In this document: piece after piece, positions 38,661 to 50,424 of the stretch | Position numbering within the stretch: position 1 is the first letter of the stretch | Layout of the letters: each line of letters starts with the position of its first letter | Source: Neodothiora populina | Taxonomy: Eukaryota | NCBI RefSeq assembly: GCF_041146345.1 | Contig: NW_027191404.1 | Span: forward strand, 1,426,001 to 1,490,000 | Length of the DNA: 64,000 nucleotides | Reading direction: 5' to 3' | Position numbers and translations under genes: made by a program | The notes under the pieces: model-generated | What the model saw: only the letters and a program-made list of their open reading frames with translations | Databases searched by the model: none | Told to the model about the DNA's origin: nothing

Positions 38661-40647
38661 ATGGAACTAGTCGAGCCTAGCGAAACGTGGAGCTTCACTG
38701 ATATCTGGTTTGCTAACTCTTTCTTCCAGCGCGACAGATCCCACTCACGTCGCCGTTCTAGATCACCCGCACGCCGCGACCGCCGCCGCTCGTTTGACTC
38801 CAGATCCCGATCCCGCTCTCGCGGCGGTGACTACAGACACGAACGCAGGTCTCGCTCACCCATCAACGGTGCATCTGGTGGACCGAGTTACAATTCCTCT
38901 GCTTATCCAGAACGTGGCGGCGCAGGAGCAGCCCCTGCGAGAAATTTCGAGGATCGTGGAGCCAACAAAGATCAGATGATGCAGAACGTGCGTGAGCAGT
39001 CTCAACAGGACCGCCGTGTCTACGTCGGCAACCTATCCTACGATGTCAAGTGGCATCATCTCAAGGACTTCATGCGTCAAGGTAAGATTGCGGCTTCGTG
39101 ACTTTGGTGTGACGACACTGACCTGTTCCACAGCTGGTGATGTGCTTTACGCAGATGTGTTGCTTCTTCCGAATGGAATGTCGAAGGTGGGCTCTTGATA
39201 TTGGCTGGTTTCCCTGGCTTTCTTTTTGGTTTATGGATAATGGATTGACGGATTGGACTTTCGTCCGGGTGATTGTAGGGATGCGGGTAAGCTTGACCAA
39301 AGAAGATATTTGTTTGGTTCAATGACTAATGCACATCCTAGAATTGTGGAATATGCGACAAGAGATCAAGCACAGAATGCTGTCAACACACTATCCAACC
39401 AGAACTTGATGGGTAGACTTGTCTACGTGCGCGAGGTAAGTTGATTTCCAATATGTCCAGCTTCTTTCCGTGTTCTTGAGCAGGCAATGACTGACATGAT
39501 GAAAATCTTCCAGGATCGCGAGTCAGAGCCTCGATTTTCCGGTGGCCCTACGGGTGGCATGGGTCGCGGTGGCTTTGACGGCGGAGCTCCTCGTGGTGGC
39601 TTCGGCGGCGGGTTCGGTGGAGGCATGGGAGGCGGCATGGGAGGTGGCATGCCCAGCTCTCAGATCTATGTCTCAAACGTTTGTTACCTGATGCTTAGCG
39701 ATCATGTCGTACCTCGCTGACCCGGATCTTAGCTGCCATACACCGTCGGCTGGCAAGACCTGAAGGATCTATTCCGTCAAGCTGGTGAGGGTTCCACATC
39801 CGATGATGATACTTTCAGGAGTTGCTGACGTTATCATAATAGCTCATACTGGAACCGTCGTCCGCGCCGACGTTCACGTCACTCCTGATGGACGCATGAA
39901 GGGCTCTGGTATCGTAGCCTTCGATAACCCCGAGGATGCACAGAATGCGATTTCGCAGTTCAATGGGTACGAGTGGAACGGCCGTGCCCTCGAGGTCAGA
40001 GAGGATCGTTTTGCTGGCGCTCCCCGTGGTGGATTCGGTGGCCGTGGTGGCTTTGGCGCCATGGGAGGCCGCGGCGGATTCGGCGGTGGTCGTGGCGCTT
40101 TCATGGGAGGCCGCGGAGGTTACGGCGCTCCAGGTTTCGGAGGCGGCTTCGGCGGAGGCCGTGGCGGAATTGCTGGAGGTTATGGTGGGGGTGCACCCGG
40201 TGGTTTCAACGCCCCTGCACCCGCTGTTGCTTCCGCTCCTAACCCCTTTACCGATTTCGCTACGTCTGGAGGCGAGCCAGGCCCTCTTATCTACGTCCGC
40301 AACGTAAGTCATTTAGACGTGAATTACCGGGTTACAGCTTGCTAACCCATCAACAGTTGCCATGGTCTACCAGCAACGAGGATCTTGTTGAGCTCTTCAC
40401 CACCATCGGAAAGGTCGAGCGCGCCGAGATTCAGTACGAGCCAAATGGCCGCTCTCGCGGTACCGGTGTTGTCGAGTTCGACAACCAAGACAACGCGGCT
40501 ACTGCAATCGCCAAGTTTTCTGGCTACCAGTATGGCGGACGTCCTCTGGGTCTTACTTATGTCAAGTACGCCAACCAGCAAGCGCCCGCCGACCCTATGC
40601 AAGGTCAGGAAGCCACTGCCGGCCTCACTCAAGACCAGATCATGTAA
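38661..40647 (+). CDS. GBP2: SR-rich three-RRM mRNA-binding protein (Gbp2/Hrb1/SnxA family), multi-intron; 5' start uncertain
   Basis: RS-repeat N-terminus; RRM1 [21 protein letters not shown] and SKGCGIVEY; RRM2 [10 protein letters not shown] and [14 protein letters not shown] linker; RRM3 [14 protein letters not shown] and SRGTGVVEF. Confidence 0.9.
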
Positions 40648-41209
40648 ATGGACGAAGGCAGGATGGACCTCTGAGGAGTCACGGTGCAGTGAATGCTGCC
40701 CTTCACTTTGCTGGAACATTTTTAAAGAAGCTCTGGGTTAGAGAACCAAGATGGTGCGGGAAAGAGGGAGGGGATCAGACAAGACTGTGTCGTAAAAGCT
40801 GCGAGACCACCAAAAAGAGGCATGGCTGGCGTAAAAGCCGTGCGTGTTACTTGTTTTTATCTGATCACAACGAATGCAAGAGGAAGTACATGTCTATTCT
40901 CTACGCCTTTGATTTCTTCCGTCTTCTTCGACAGGGAAAAGTGATGGTCCACGAGAGTCAAACATCTATATTTGAGGGTTAGATCCTTTTTTTGTTTCTT
41001 CTTCGTACCAAGAGTGACATATATACAGAAACCAAGTAATTGGCATGTCCTGTCCCTGTCGACAGGGCAGATGATCGTCTACATACTTGTCTATTTGCCA
41101 GGTTGTTTTCCGAGCCTCTAACCCCACTGCTTAATTGCATCGGTCACTGTTGCTACTGCTGCTGCTGCTGCCGCCACTACGGGTTGTACCATTGATATTG
41201 TCAGTGCCA

Positions 41210-42502
41210 TTACTGCCGCACAGCAAACCAATGCATAACCCACTCATACACAGCCCACTGAACAGCATTGACGAAGAAAGCGCGCACGCTGCAGACGCCC
41301 AGACCTCGGAAAAACACTTTTGGGCCTTCTGTCTGGTAGGCTTGTTTGGCGATTTGATACGAGGAAAGCTTGGTCTGTTGTTGGGGGCTATTGTTGAGTA
41401 GTCGTGAGGTTTCCGAGGCGGCAGGATGTTGTGATTGTACTTGCTGGGCCGGGGTGATATCTTGGGTTTGCAGTCGGGTTTTGATCACGTCTGTTATTGG
41501 CGTCAGTCCCTCATGTACACGGTCGTGATATGGAGACGTAAGTAGGACTAGATCTTACCGAGAGGGAAAATCGAGGCCCACGTCACCACGCCTGCTATTC
41601 CTCCGCACAAGAGGACGGACATCCATTCTGGGGCTTCTTTTGTTGTTGGTGTTAATTTCGTGGGCTCGGAGAAGTGGTTGGTGATCAGGACGCGTTTGCT
41701 CAACTCGTAGGACCAGAAACTGTTTTTTTCCATGGACGATTGGTTGGTTTGTGGTCTTTGGATTTTATTTTCTTTGGGATTTATGTATAGTTTTCACTTG
41801 ATGGAGAGGAGATGATGGAAAAGGAATGGAGAATGGGTAGACACATTGTTGCTTATGATGGAAAGAAGAAGTGGAGACGTACTAGAACCCATAGCCTACG
41901 CTATCCCTCACACTCGTGATTGCACCACCCCAATAGAGGCCCCTGATACCACCTTCTCTCCACAATTGCTTTGCGATGGCCCACGACGAAGAAGAAGAAG
42001 AAGAAGAAGAAGAAGAAGAAGAAGAAGATGCAGACGACAAAGATGAAGACAACGAAGACGATGGCAAGGAAGAAGAAGGAGGAGGGGCACTGTTGCTGAC
42101 TTGAGCACGGCATTTGATCAGCTCCGTAGGCGCAGAAACAACAAACGTAGCTAGACCCGCAGCGGCGCCAGATATCCATGTCTTAGACAAAGAAGACGGG
42201 TGAGACGGATCTTGTGAGAGTGCGGCCATGCTGCGGTTGTAAGTCATGAACATCAGGGCGTTGAGAGCGCCATAGCCCAAGACAGGAGCTGCTGTGCCTT
42301 TGAGCAGGTTACGGATGGATGTGGGTAAATCATTGAATGTGAATGTCGGCTGGACAGTATTGACATCTCGGAGGACCGGTGCTAATGATGATGACAATGG
42401 TGGTGATTGTCGTTGCAATTGAACCTTGACTATGTCGAGGGGATTCCCTATTATGATTCCTGCTGCTCCGGAAACATAGCCAGCCCAGAAGTCGGCGGAC
42501 AT
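41210..42502 (-). CDS. Mitochondrial carrier (SLC25, Ymc1/carnitine-acylcarnitine-like). Exons 42502-41883, 41719-41559, 41490-41210
   Basis: Three PX[DE]XX[KR] signatures (PLDIVK, PTELIK, PLDVIK); RGLYWG..RD..GYGFYF; RAFFVNA. Confidence 0.92.
41988..42026 (+). repeat. (GAA)13 microsatellite, read as poly-Ser in the carrier gene
   Basis: 13 perfect GAA units, flanked by degenerate GAY/GAA units. Confidence 0.95.
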
Positions 42503-42993
42503 TTTACTGCTATGACTCTGCGGTCCTCATCGGTGTTACACAATACCATCGATGTATCTGTACAGTACAGTATGTGGCGACTAAGGTACCTGCAGCATGT
42601 ACCTTCGAGTCACGCACGGGCCAGTGTGGAGAATGCAGTCGGCGTCATGAGTCATGCATATGTGCCTCTCACTCGCAAGGCATTCACCATCAAGACACTT
42701 TTGCCTCCCACCTTCCTGTCCGAAACAACCAACATTATCCTTCCACTTCTTATACATAGCATGATTGGCATTGTGGATCATTTGATTCTCGTATCCTTCC
42801 GCAAGAAAGCTCTATAATTCCGTTGATTTCTCGTTAATCACCGTCTTTGGATTGTTGCAGCGTACATTCAGTGCCCCTCCACCGCCACTTCCCCACTCAC
42901 AGACCAAACAACAGCTACCTTGCTTTCCATCACTTGCATCCTGTACAACCCCTCCAAGTATTCAACCCCCGCTCGTGGTGTCATCGACTCTAG

Positions 42994-44985
42994 ATGACTA
43001 CAACTACAACCGAGAAAGCCTGGGATTTTTCTCAGGTGCTCAAGCTCATCAACACCCTTGATGCCAATCCACCGTCGTCCAGTCCGGCCCAATCAATACC
43101 CGCCCATTCCGCTGCTGTGGCGGCTGCCGCTGCCGTCAATGACTTTGACTTCGGCGTCTCCCAGTCACTACCCAATCACTCTCCCTTTGGCGCTTTCGAA
43201 AGCACCTCGAACGGTGGTGTGCGTCTAGGAGACTTCGACAAGGTGTGGGAGTATCTGGGAGCACCACTCCAAGCTCCTATCCCCAAGTTCACCAATCCCA
43301 CTTCGACCGCCTCTGAGAAAATCTCTCCAACACTCAGAGAGCGAGTTCCTGTCAAGACAGACTACACCAGTGACGGTGCAGTCTATCTGACTCCGAGCAA
43401 GAAGAGCATTCAATGGAGGGATGAGGCGAGCGCCGGTGGTCTTTTCGACGTCGCTCCATCGTCCTCACAAGAGCCGGTGAGGCTTACCAAGACGCAGAGG
43501 AAGAAGAAGAACAGGCAAGAGCGGAAGAAATTGGGCGCCGAGGCTCTTGTTTCTGCCAGCGACTTCGAATCGGAAGCCGATGATCACCCAAACCGCTTCA
43601 CTCCAGCTCGCAAGGCTAGTGTTCACACTGTTGTTTCTGAGTCACCGACTCCGAGATACAACCTCAGATCATGTTCGGCCACTGCCGCTGCTGCTTCTGC
43701 CGCTGCTAAGAATGCAACGCCATCGAAATCAGAAAGTTCGCTCATCACTCCTGTGAAGAAGTCACCAGAGTCATTCTTCGAGAAGAGGGAGCGCTCTCGC
43801 TCTCCAACAAAACAACCTCATCGCTCCAAGAGTACTCAGGCCTCTGATGCCGCTCCTTCGACACCAGCACCGAAGACTCCCCTTGCAGCCAGTCGGAAAC
43901 ACTCTCAGCCTATCACCACCACACACAAGACACCAGCTACTGATGGCAAGAATAATCAACGCAAAGAGTGGCCGGTCGTCAATCTTCAGGACAAGCTTGC
44001 ACAAATCAACAGGTCGCCTTCTTTCTTGCCTGCTTCTGTCAAGCCAACTCGTCATACGAACCTGACTCAGCCTACTCTTACGTCTGACGGTACCATCGAG
44101 AAACTCAGTGAATCACCGTCCAAGCACAGCAACAACCGCAACATCATCAAGCCCAAGATCGTTCGCACCGGCGAAGACCGCGACTTGGCTCTTCTTTTGA
44201 AACTTGTCTCCGATTTTTACGAAGATCGAGGTCACCTCGTCAAGCCAGCAAACTTGGCCAATCATTCAAACAATCCCAAAGGTATTCATGTCTTTGTGGA
44301 TGCTTCTAACATTTTTATCGGTTTCCACGATCAACTCAAACGATCAAGAGATATTCCGCAACACTTTCATGTCCCACGTGTCAATTTGTCCTTTGGCGCA
44401 TTAGCTCTTCTTATGGAACGTCGACGCCCTATTGCCAAGCGAGTCTTGGTGGGCTCGAAACCCAACCTACTTGCATTCGATACTGCCCGAGAGATCGGAT
44501 ACGAATGCAGTCTTCTGGACAAAGTATTAAAGGCTCGGGAGCTGACCGACCGCCAAAAATACTTCCAGGAGATGGAGCGCAAGAAGCGGGAGAAAGGGGG
44601 CCGATTTCGCTCTGGTAGCAACAGCGGAGGCGAAAGCGGTGGCAGTGGCTTGGAAACAACCTCGGGCCCCGTGTACGCACCCGAAGCATTCGTCGAGCAA
44701 GGTGTCGATGAAATCCTCCACCTGAAAATGATGGAGAGTATCGTCGATACTGAGGAGCCCTCCACGATGGTTCTAGCGACCGGAGACGCTGCTCAAGCCG
44801 AGTATTCGCAAGGATTTATGAAGATGACACAGAGAGCGCTCAAGGCCGGTTGGCGCGTCGAGCTGGTCAGTTGGAGTAAGAACATCAGTCAGGCCTACAA
44901 GAAGTCTGCATTCAGAAAGGAATGGGGTGACAAGTTCAAGATTGTCGAGCTGGATGACTATGCAGAAGAGCTGCTCGATATGTGA
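42994..44985 (+). CDS. NYN/PIN-like (LabA/DUF88-type) ribonuclease-domain protein with a long disordered N-terminus
   Basis: HVFVDASNIFIG, EQGVDEILHLKM, VLATGD..F, GWRVELVSW, IVELDD: the acidic catalytic pattern of NYN domains. Confidence 0.8.
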   Translation: MTTTTTEKAWDFSQVLKLINTLDANPPSSSPAQSIPAHSAAVAAAAAVNDFDFGVSQSLPNHSPFGAFESTSNGGVRLGDFDKVWEYLGAPLQAPIPKFTNPTSTASEKISPTLRERVPVKTDYTSDGAVYLTPSKKSIQWRDEASAGGLFDVAPSSSQEPVRLTKTQRKKKNRQERKKLGAEALVSASDFESEADDHPNRFTPARKASVHTVVSESPTPRYNLRSCSATAAAASAAAKNATPSKSESSLITPVKKSPESFFEKRERSRSPTKQPHRSKSTQASDAAPSTPAPKTPLAASRKHSQPITTTHKTPATDGKNNQRKEWPVVNLQDKLAQINRSPSFLPASVKPTRHTNLTQPTLTSDGTIEKLSESPSKHSNNRNIIKPKIVRTGEDRDLALLLKLVSDFYEDRGHLVKPANLANHSNNPKGIHVFVDASNIFIGFHDQLKRSRDIPQHFHVPRVNLSFGALALLMERRRPIAKRVLVGSKPNLLAFDTAREIGYECSLLDKVLKARELTDRQKYFQEMERKKREKGGRFRSGSNSGGESGGSGLETTSGPVYAPEAFVEQGVDEILHLKMMESIVDTEEPSTMVLATGDAAQAEYSQGFMKMTQRALKAGWRVELVSWSKNISQAYKKSAFRKEWGDKFKIVELDDYAEELLDM

Positions 44986-45988
44986 TGCGAGAAACATGGA
45001 CGATTCGGCGGTCTGAGTGCCGACGCACTACCTTTTTTTCCAGTCCTGTGTCTTGAGGGACTGGACCAGATGGTGAATGACTTTTTTTTCGATAGATCTT
45101 ACATTCACTAAAGCAGCTCAAGCTGTTTCTACCAACCACATCAATCATTCTCACTCTTTTGCCAAACACTGTGCTAATATGGATGTTCCACTATCATGGA
45201 TCACACAAGATCTCTACGTTGTGATATACTACTCGGACTCTATTCACTATGGCTGCTGCAAGGCTGAAGTCGATCTACCCTTGGCAAGACGATCCGGATC
45301 TGTAGTGAACCTATATTCTTCACAAATACTGCGAAAGGAGCCACAATTGGTAGATCCACGTTGCATGCGGTAAGGCTGATCGCATTTCATGTCAAGCAGA
45401 CAGGCCGCAAATCATGAAGTGAATTGACCTTCGAAACTCTGTGTGGATGAAGGACATGAGGAAGGGAGAAAAACATCTCGGCCGAAGCAGCTCGGATGAA
45501 GCTCTCCCCAGATCCACTAGCGCCGCCCTGCAACGGGGTCCAAGTTTGGAGCAAGCCCGATTGTCTGTCCCCCCGTCGCCTCTACCATTCTCTCTGTGAA
45601 TGACCGAACGGCCGAGCCGTTTCAGGCGACATGCAGTACTGCTGGAATGGTAGTTATCGCCAATATGTCGACAACGCCACAAGTAGTACCCTGTATAGCT
45701 AAGGTAGGTGGCTTCTCTGAGTAGTCTTGTATAAGATAAGTGTATGTCCTTTGTTTCTCGTTCTGCTCTTCTTCCATCGGCTTTTTCGTCCGTCGGATCC
45801 AGAAAGATATAAAAAGATCCCTTCATCGGAAGCTATACCTATCACGAGCCCCTTGCACTGTTTCAGCTGCACGTTAGAGGTAGCTAGTACGTAGCAAACC
45901 TCACTCTTGGGTCACTGCAAGAGACACATCACAGGTCGTCGCGATTTTTCTGTCTTTTTGTCTCCAAGTCAGCTCTGCAAACGCGGTG

Positions 45989-47497
45989 ATGGCAGGACCT
46001 CAGAGCATGTCTTCGTCGACGGTCGCTACAGATTATTTTCGCAAGACAAGCGACGAACTCGAAAAGGACGATGGTCACCATGCGACCGAAGCGAAGTCTC
46101 TACCCTTGGTAGGTACTTCGTCAGGACGCGCCTCGTCCGCAAATGAACGAGGCGATGTCGAGAAAGGTGGTGTGAAGCTAGGAGGACCTCCAGCGTTCGA
46201 CCCGAGACATAACCCCGATGGAGGACTCGAGGCTTGGTTGGTGTTGGTGGGAGGGTTTTGCTGTCTATTCTGTTCTTTTGGGTGGATCAACTGTATGTGT
46301 TTACCCCTTTACGCAGCCATTTCGTCGCTGTATCTTGTTATTTGCCGAGCACGCTGACACCGACGAACGATAGGTATAGGAGTTTTCCAGGAATACTATC
46401 AGACCCACCAGCTCAGATCCTACACATCGAGCACGATCGCCTGGATCCCCTCGTGCGAAGTGTTCTTCATGTTCGCGCTTGGCCCACTGATAGGCTACTT
46501 CTTCGACTCGTATGGACCGCGCTACATCCTCCTCCTCGGCACATTCTTGCATGTCTTTGGACTGATGATGACGAGTCTCTCGACCGAATACTACCAATTC
46601 CTGCTCGCGCAAGGCTTCTGCTCCGCCGCAGGAGCGAGCATGTGTTTCTATCCAGCGATATCAGTAATGCCCACATGGTTCTTCCGCCGACGCGCAGCAG
46701 CTTTCGGGGCCATGGCTGCAGGGTCCAGCATCGCAGGCGTCATCTTCCCCATCATGGTAGCGCAACTGATCCCCAAAGTCGGCTTCGCATGGACAATGCG
46801 CATCTGCGCGTTCCTGATCTTGTTCATGATGACCATCGCCAACATGACCATCAAAAGCCGGCTGACGCACCGGCGCAAGAAATTCGACATCCTGGACTTC
46901 CTCCGCCCCCTAAGAGAACCCCCTTTCGTCCTCATGACCCTCGCATCCCTTTTCTTCTGTTTCGGGCTTTTCCTACCCATCAACTACCTGCCCCTAGAAG
47001 CGATCTCCTTCGGCATGTCCCAGCGGCTATCAAGCTACCTGATCTCGATCCTCAACGCAGCCTCGCTGTTCGGGCGCGTGCTCCCAGGCATCATCGCCGA
47101 CAAAATCGGCCGCTTCAACGCCATGGTCGTGCTCTCCTACTTCACAGGCATCATCGTCTTGGCGCTCTGGCTGCCCGCAACAGCCAACACACCTATCATT
47201 ATCTTCGCGGCTCTGTATGGCTTCGGCAGCGGCGCATTCGTCAGTCTCGCGCCTGCGCTCACGGCCCAGATCACGCCTGATGTGCGACAGATTGGTGTTA
47301 GGACGGGAACGGTGTTTGCATTCATGGCGATCGCAGCGCTTTGTGGCAATCCGATCGGGGGTGCGATCATTGACGCTGATCAAGGCAGCTGGGTCGGGTT
47401 GCAGATTTGGTGTGGCGTCATGTGTATTGTGGGTGCGTCGGGGTTTTTGGCGGCCAGGGTGAAACTCGAGGGGTGGAGGGTGGGCGTCAAGGTTTGA
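45989..47497 (+). CDS. MFS monocarboxylate-transporter-like protein (Mch4/Mch5 family). Intron 46293-46373
   Basis: [73 protein letters not shown]. Confidence 0.9.
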
Positions 47498-48001
47498 GAT
47501 TGAGAGTCGTGCGGCGTCACTGGGGGCTTCGTTTATATGGCTCAACTGGGCCGGTTTGGGGGCCGGATGGGGATGGACCTCTCCAGGGGTTTGTGGTTCA
47601 TCAATTAATATAGGGTTTGGGGTGGGATACCAGACTCAAAAGATTGGGCCTTTCGTGCATGCGATGCATGGATGGGACTTTGGTTGTGGGCTTGACGACT
47701 GGTTTACGATGCGCGCTTATCTGGCCTTAATGTATTGTAGTGTATTACCTTGCTCATGAGTGTTAACGAGAATAAATCTGTGATGAATTATTTATGGGAT
47801 TGAGCATTAATGATATATCAAATCATTCTGTATGTGTGATATTTTCGCCATGGAATTGTCATGGATGGAGAATGGATAATACATAGTCATTCCGTATATG
47901 TAATCCATGTATCAGATATCTAGTCTGCGAAATACGTTATCCTTCTTCGGACCATGCTCTATGACACTAGCCAACGCCCTCTATAAGAACAAATAAAGAA
48001 T

Positions 48002-49422
48002 TCAAAACCCCTTTCCCAACCTGACAGTCTCTCCACCACTACCATACCACAACGCGCCCTGCCTGGAATCGAACCCCTTTTCCTCGCCCACAACCCAAGC
48101 CAGGCCCTTTTTCTTCCCTTCCTCGCCATCAACAGGCCAAAACTCCTCCTTCAACCACTGGTTGATACCTTCGATGACCTCGACCAACTCAGCTACTTTG
48201 CCACCGTCCACTTCCCCATCTGCCGTCTCAAAGTCTTTGCTCTCGATGAATCGCGCCACTGTCAAGTGAGCCGAGGGGACGACGTATCTACTTGCTACTT
48301 TGACGCCCGTGGCTGATGCCATGGAGAACAGGTCTCTGCGCAAGTGGTGGTAGGTGTACGTATCTGCCTCTGCTGTCCTCCGGCCCTCGCTAGCAGAAGC
48401 AGAAGGAAGATCTTCGCCCGCAGCAGGCAAAAACGACAGAGCAAGTGCCTGAGCGTCAAAGGACAGAGAAGGCTTGACCAGACGCGCTCGACACTGCGGA
48501 TTCTCGTAGCTGTAGTCTGTTATCGCGGCCATGTGCGGTTCGATCTGGGACACTAGAGCGTTGATCTCGGGCGCGGTCAGGGAGTGGGTTATTTCTAGAG
48601 CTGTCATGTGGAGGGATGATTGTGGCATTGTCCAGAGATCTTTTTTGGGTGATAGTAGTGTTAGTGTTGCTTCGGCTAGGGGTCTTTGTGGCGACTTGAG
48701 TCAGGAAAGGTGTTGTAAGGGGGGGAGGTGGTCCGTGATCATGTCAAATGTGAGGATGGAAAAGCGATAGAAGCAATTATTGCCATATCCAGAAATGGAC
48801 GCGTTCTTTGGCGTTCTCCTGGCGATACTTCGGCTTCGGCGCGTACCTGCCTGCCGGCTGTGGGACTTTGTACATTCCGTACTTGATTCTTGCCCAGCCA
48901 GTCGTCGCGCCTTTTTAATGCAAAGTAATGAGAGAGAAAGGAGACTCTGGAATTAAGAAAAGCTCAACACGACTTACTGGGAGCTACTGTTTTCAACCTC
49001 CGCTGGACCTCAGCTATCACTTCTTTGACCTCCTGAGGCGGACGAGCCCAGAAGACCAGGCAATGTCTCGGGTCTTTATAGTCAGGCTCCAGAGGGTCCT
49101 CGAGACGTTTGAGTATCTGATCGATGACTACGCCCTCGAATTCAGCAGACAGCAGCTTTTTCTTCTGCTGTTCCGTCCGCGCAGTTCGATGAGTATCATA
49201 TCGTGACTGGATCTCTTTCTGGGGACTATCAGTCACTTTTCGCTCGTTCAGATGGTCGTTTCTACATGGCTTCTCTTCATTCTATGTGTGTTTCTGACTT
49301 GATCTTACTGGAAATTAACTTACGGGATCATTGTGGCAGGTTTCAATCAGCCCATCATAGGGATTATCCGAGAGCGAAGTCGCGGCGCCCGAATAGTCCT
49401 CGAAGGTATACGAGGCCGCCAT
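48002..49422 (-). CDS. 2H phosphoesterase (LigT/cyclic phosphodiesterase-like). Exons 49422-49324, 49218-48978, 48639-48002
   Basis: Two HxT motifs (LHMTAL, AHLTVA); DPRHCLVFWARPP; splice signals GTAAGT..CAG and GTAAGT..CTAAC..AAG keep the frame. Confidence 0.8.
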
Positions 49423-50230
49423 GTTCCTTCTTGCTGGTTTGCCTGATTGATCTGGCCTGGTCGCAGAACACTCTACACTGATTGGTAAGATTCAAGATGA
49501 GACCTATGCTACTTTCACTTCTACTAATTGATCGCTGGCCTGAACGACTGGTCGGTACCCCTACTGAATCGACGGTGATGCGAGAAAGGTGATCAGTCGA
49601 CTGACTCTGCTCGGTAAGTCACAATTCTTGGTTGATCGATCACGAATCGCACGAGTATGCGAAAGATGTTGTCAACATGAGATGAACCCCTGACGGGCGG
49701 TGGGTGGTCTTGTTGATATGCCCCAGAAGATGGGGGCCTTACTCAGGCCTCGGCCGATGACTCACAACACATGAGTCGTGGAAGCTACTTTCCTCGCCAA
49801 TCTCCTCGGGGGAGCTCCTTCCGCCAAGGTGGTGATCACAAACACGAAGATATTCTCGAGGAGCAAGCAAGCAAGCCATCGTCTTGAAGATCTGTAACGA
49901 AGCCTGAATCTCTCCTCGATGATGGTCGCCGCTCTGGGTCCCAGACATGATCAACGGAACTCAGCCGGTGACACGGCCGGGTAGAATGTCAGATCCATAT
50001 CCACCGAGGGATTCATCGCCGCGCCTCTACCGGAATGATGTCCAGATATATTCCTGTATATCAGAGGTATCGATTCAACTCACAGCGAATGAGGATTCCG
50101 TGGCTCATGTACAACGACATGTTCTCGAGGCCAACGGTATGGAGCAACTGCTCTCTACATCGCCGGTACCTGTGCAGTATGGTCAGTGATGCGGACTTTG
50201 CAGCACCACTAACGCCGCATCCCGCATGAA

Positions 50231-50302
50231 ACGCGCCAAAACTCCACAGAAAATAAATACAGGGTCTGGGGTTTGCAACGCGGCGCGTCATCCCAAGCGC
50301 GT
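50231..50302 (+). promoter_or_regulatory. MCB-like CGCG cluster upstream of DNMT5
   Basis: ACGCGC (50231), ACGCGGCGCGT (50278), GCGCGT (50297), about 120-190 bp before ATG 50425. Confidence 0.4.
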
Positions 50303-50424
50303 TTTCCCCAGCTGCTCCATGTTCACATAAACATCCAAAGTCTACTCAATTGACTCATGGTTGGACAAACATCAGTCTTCCCACAAGAGCTGGTTCAGTC
50401 TGGTAGAGCGGTTTCCTCGCTGCA

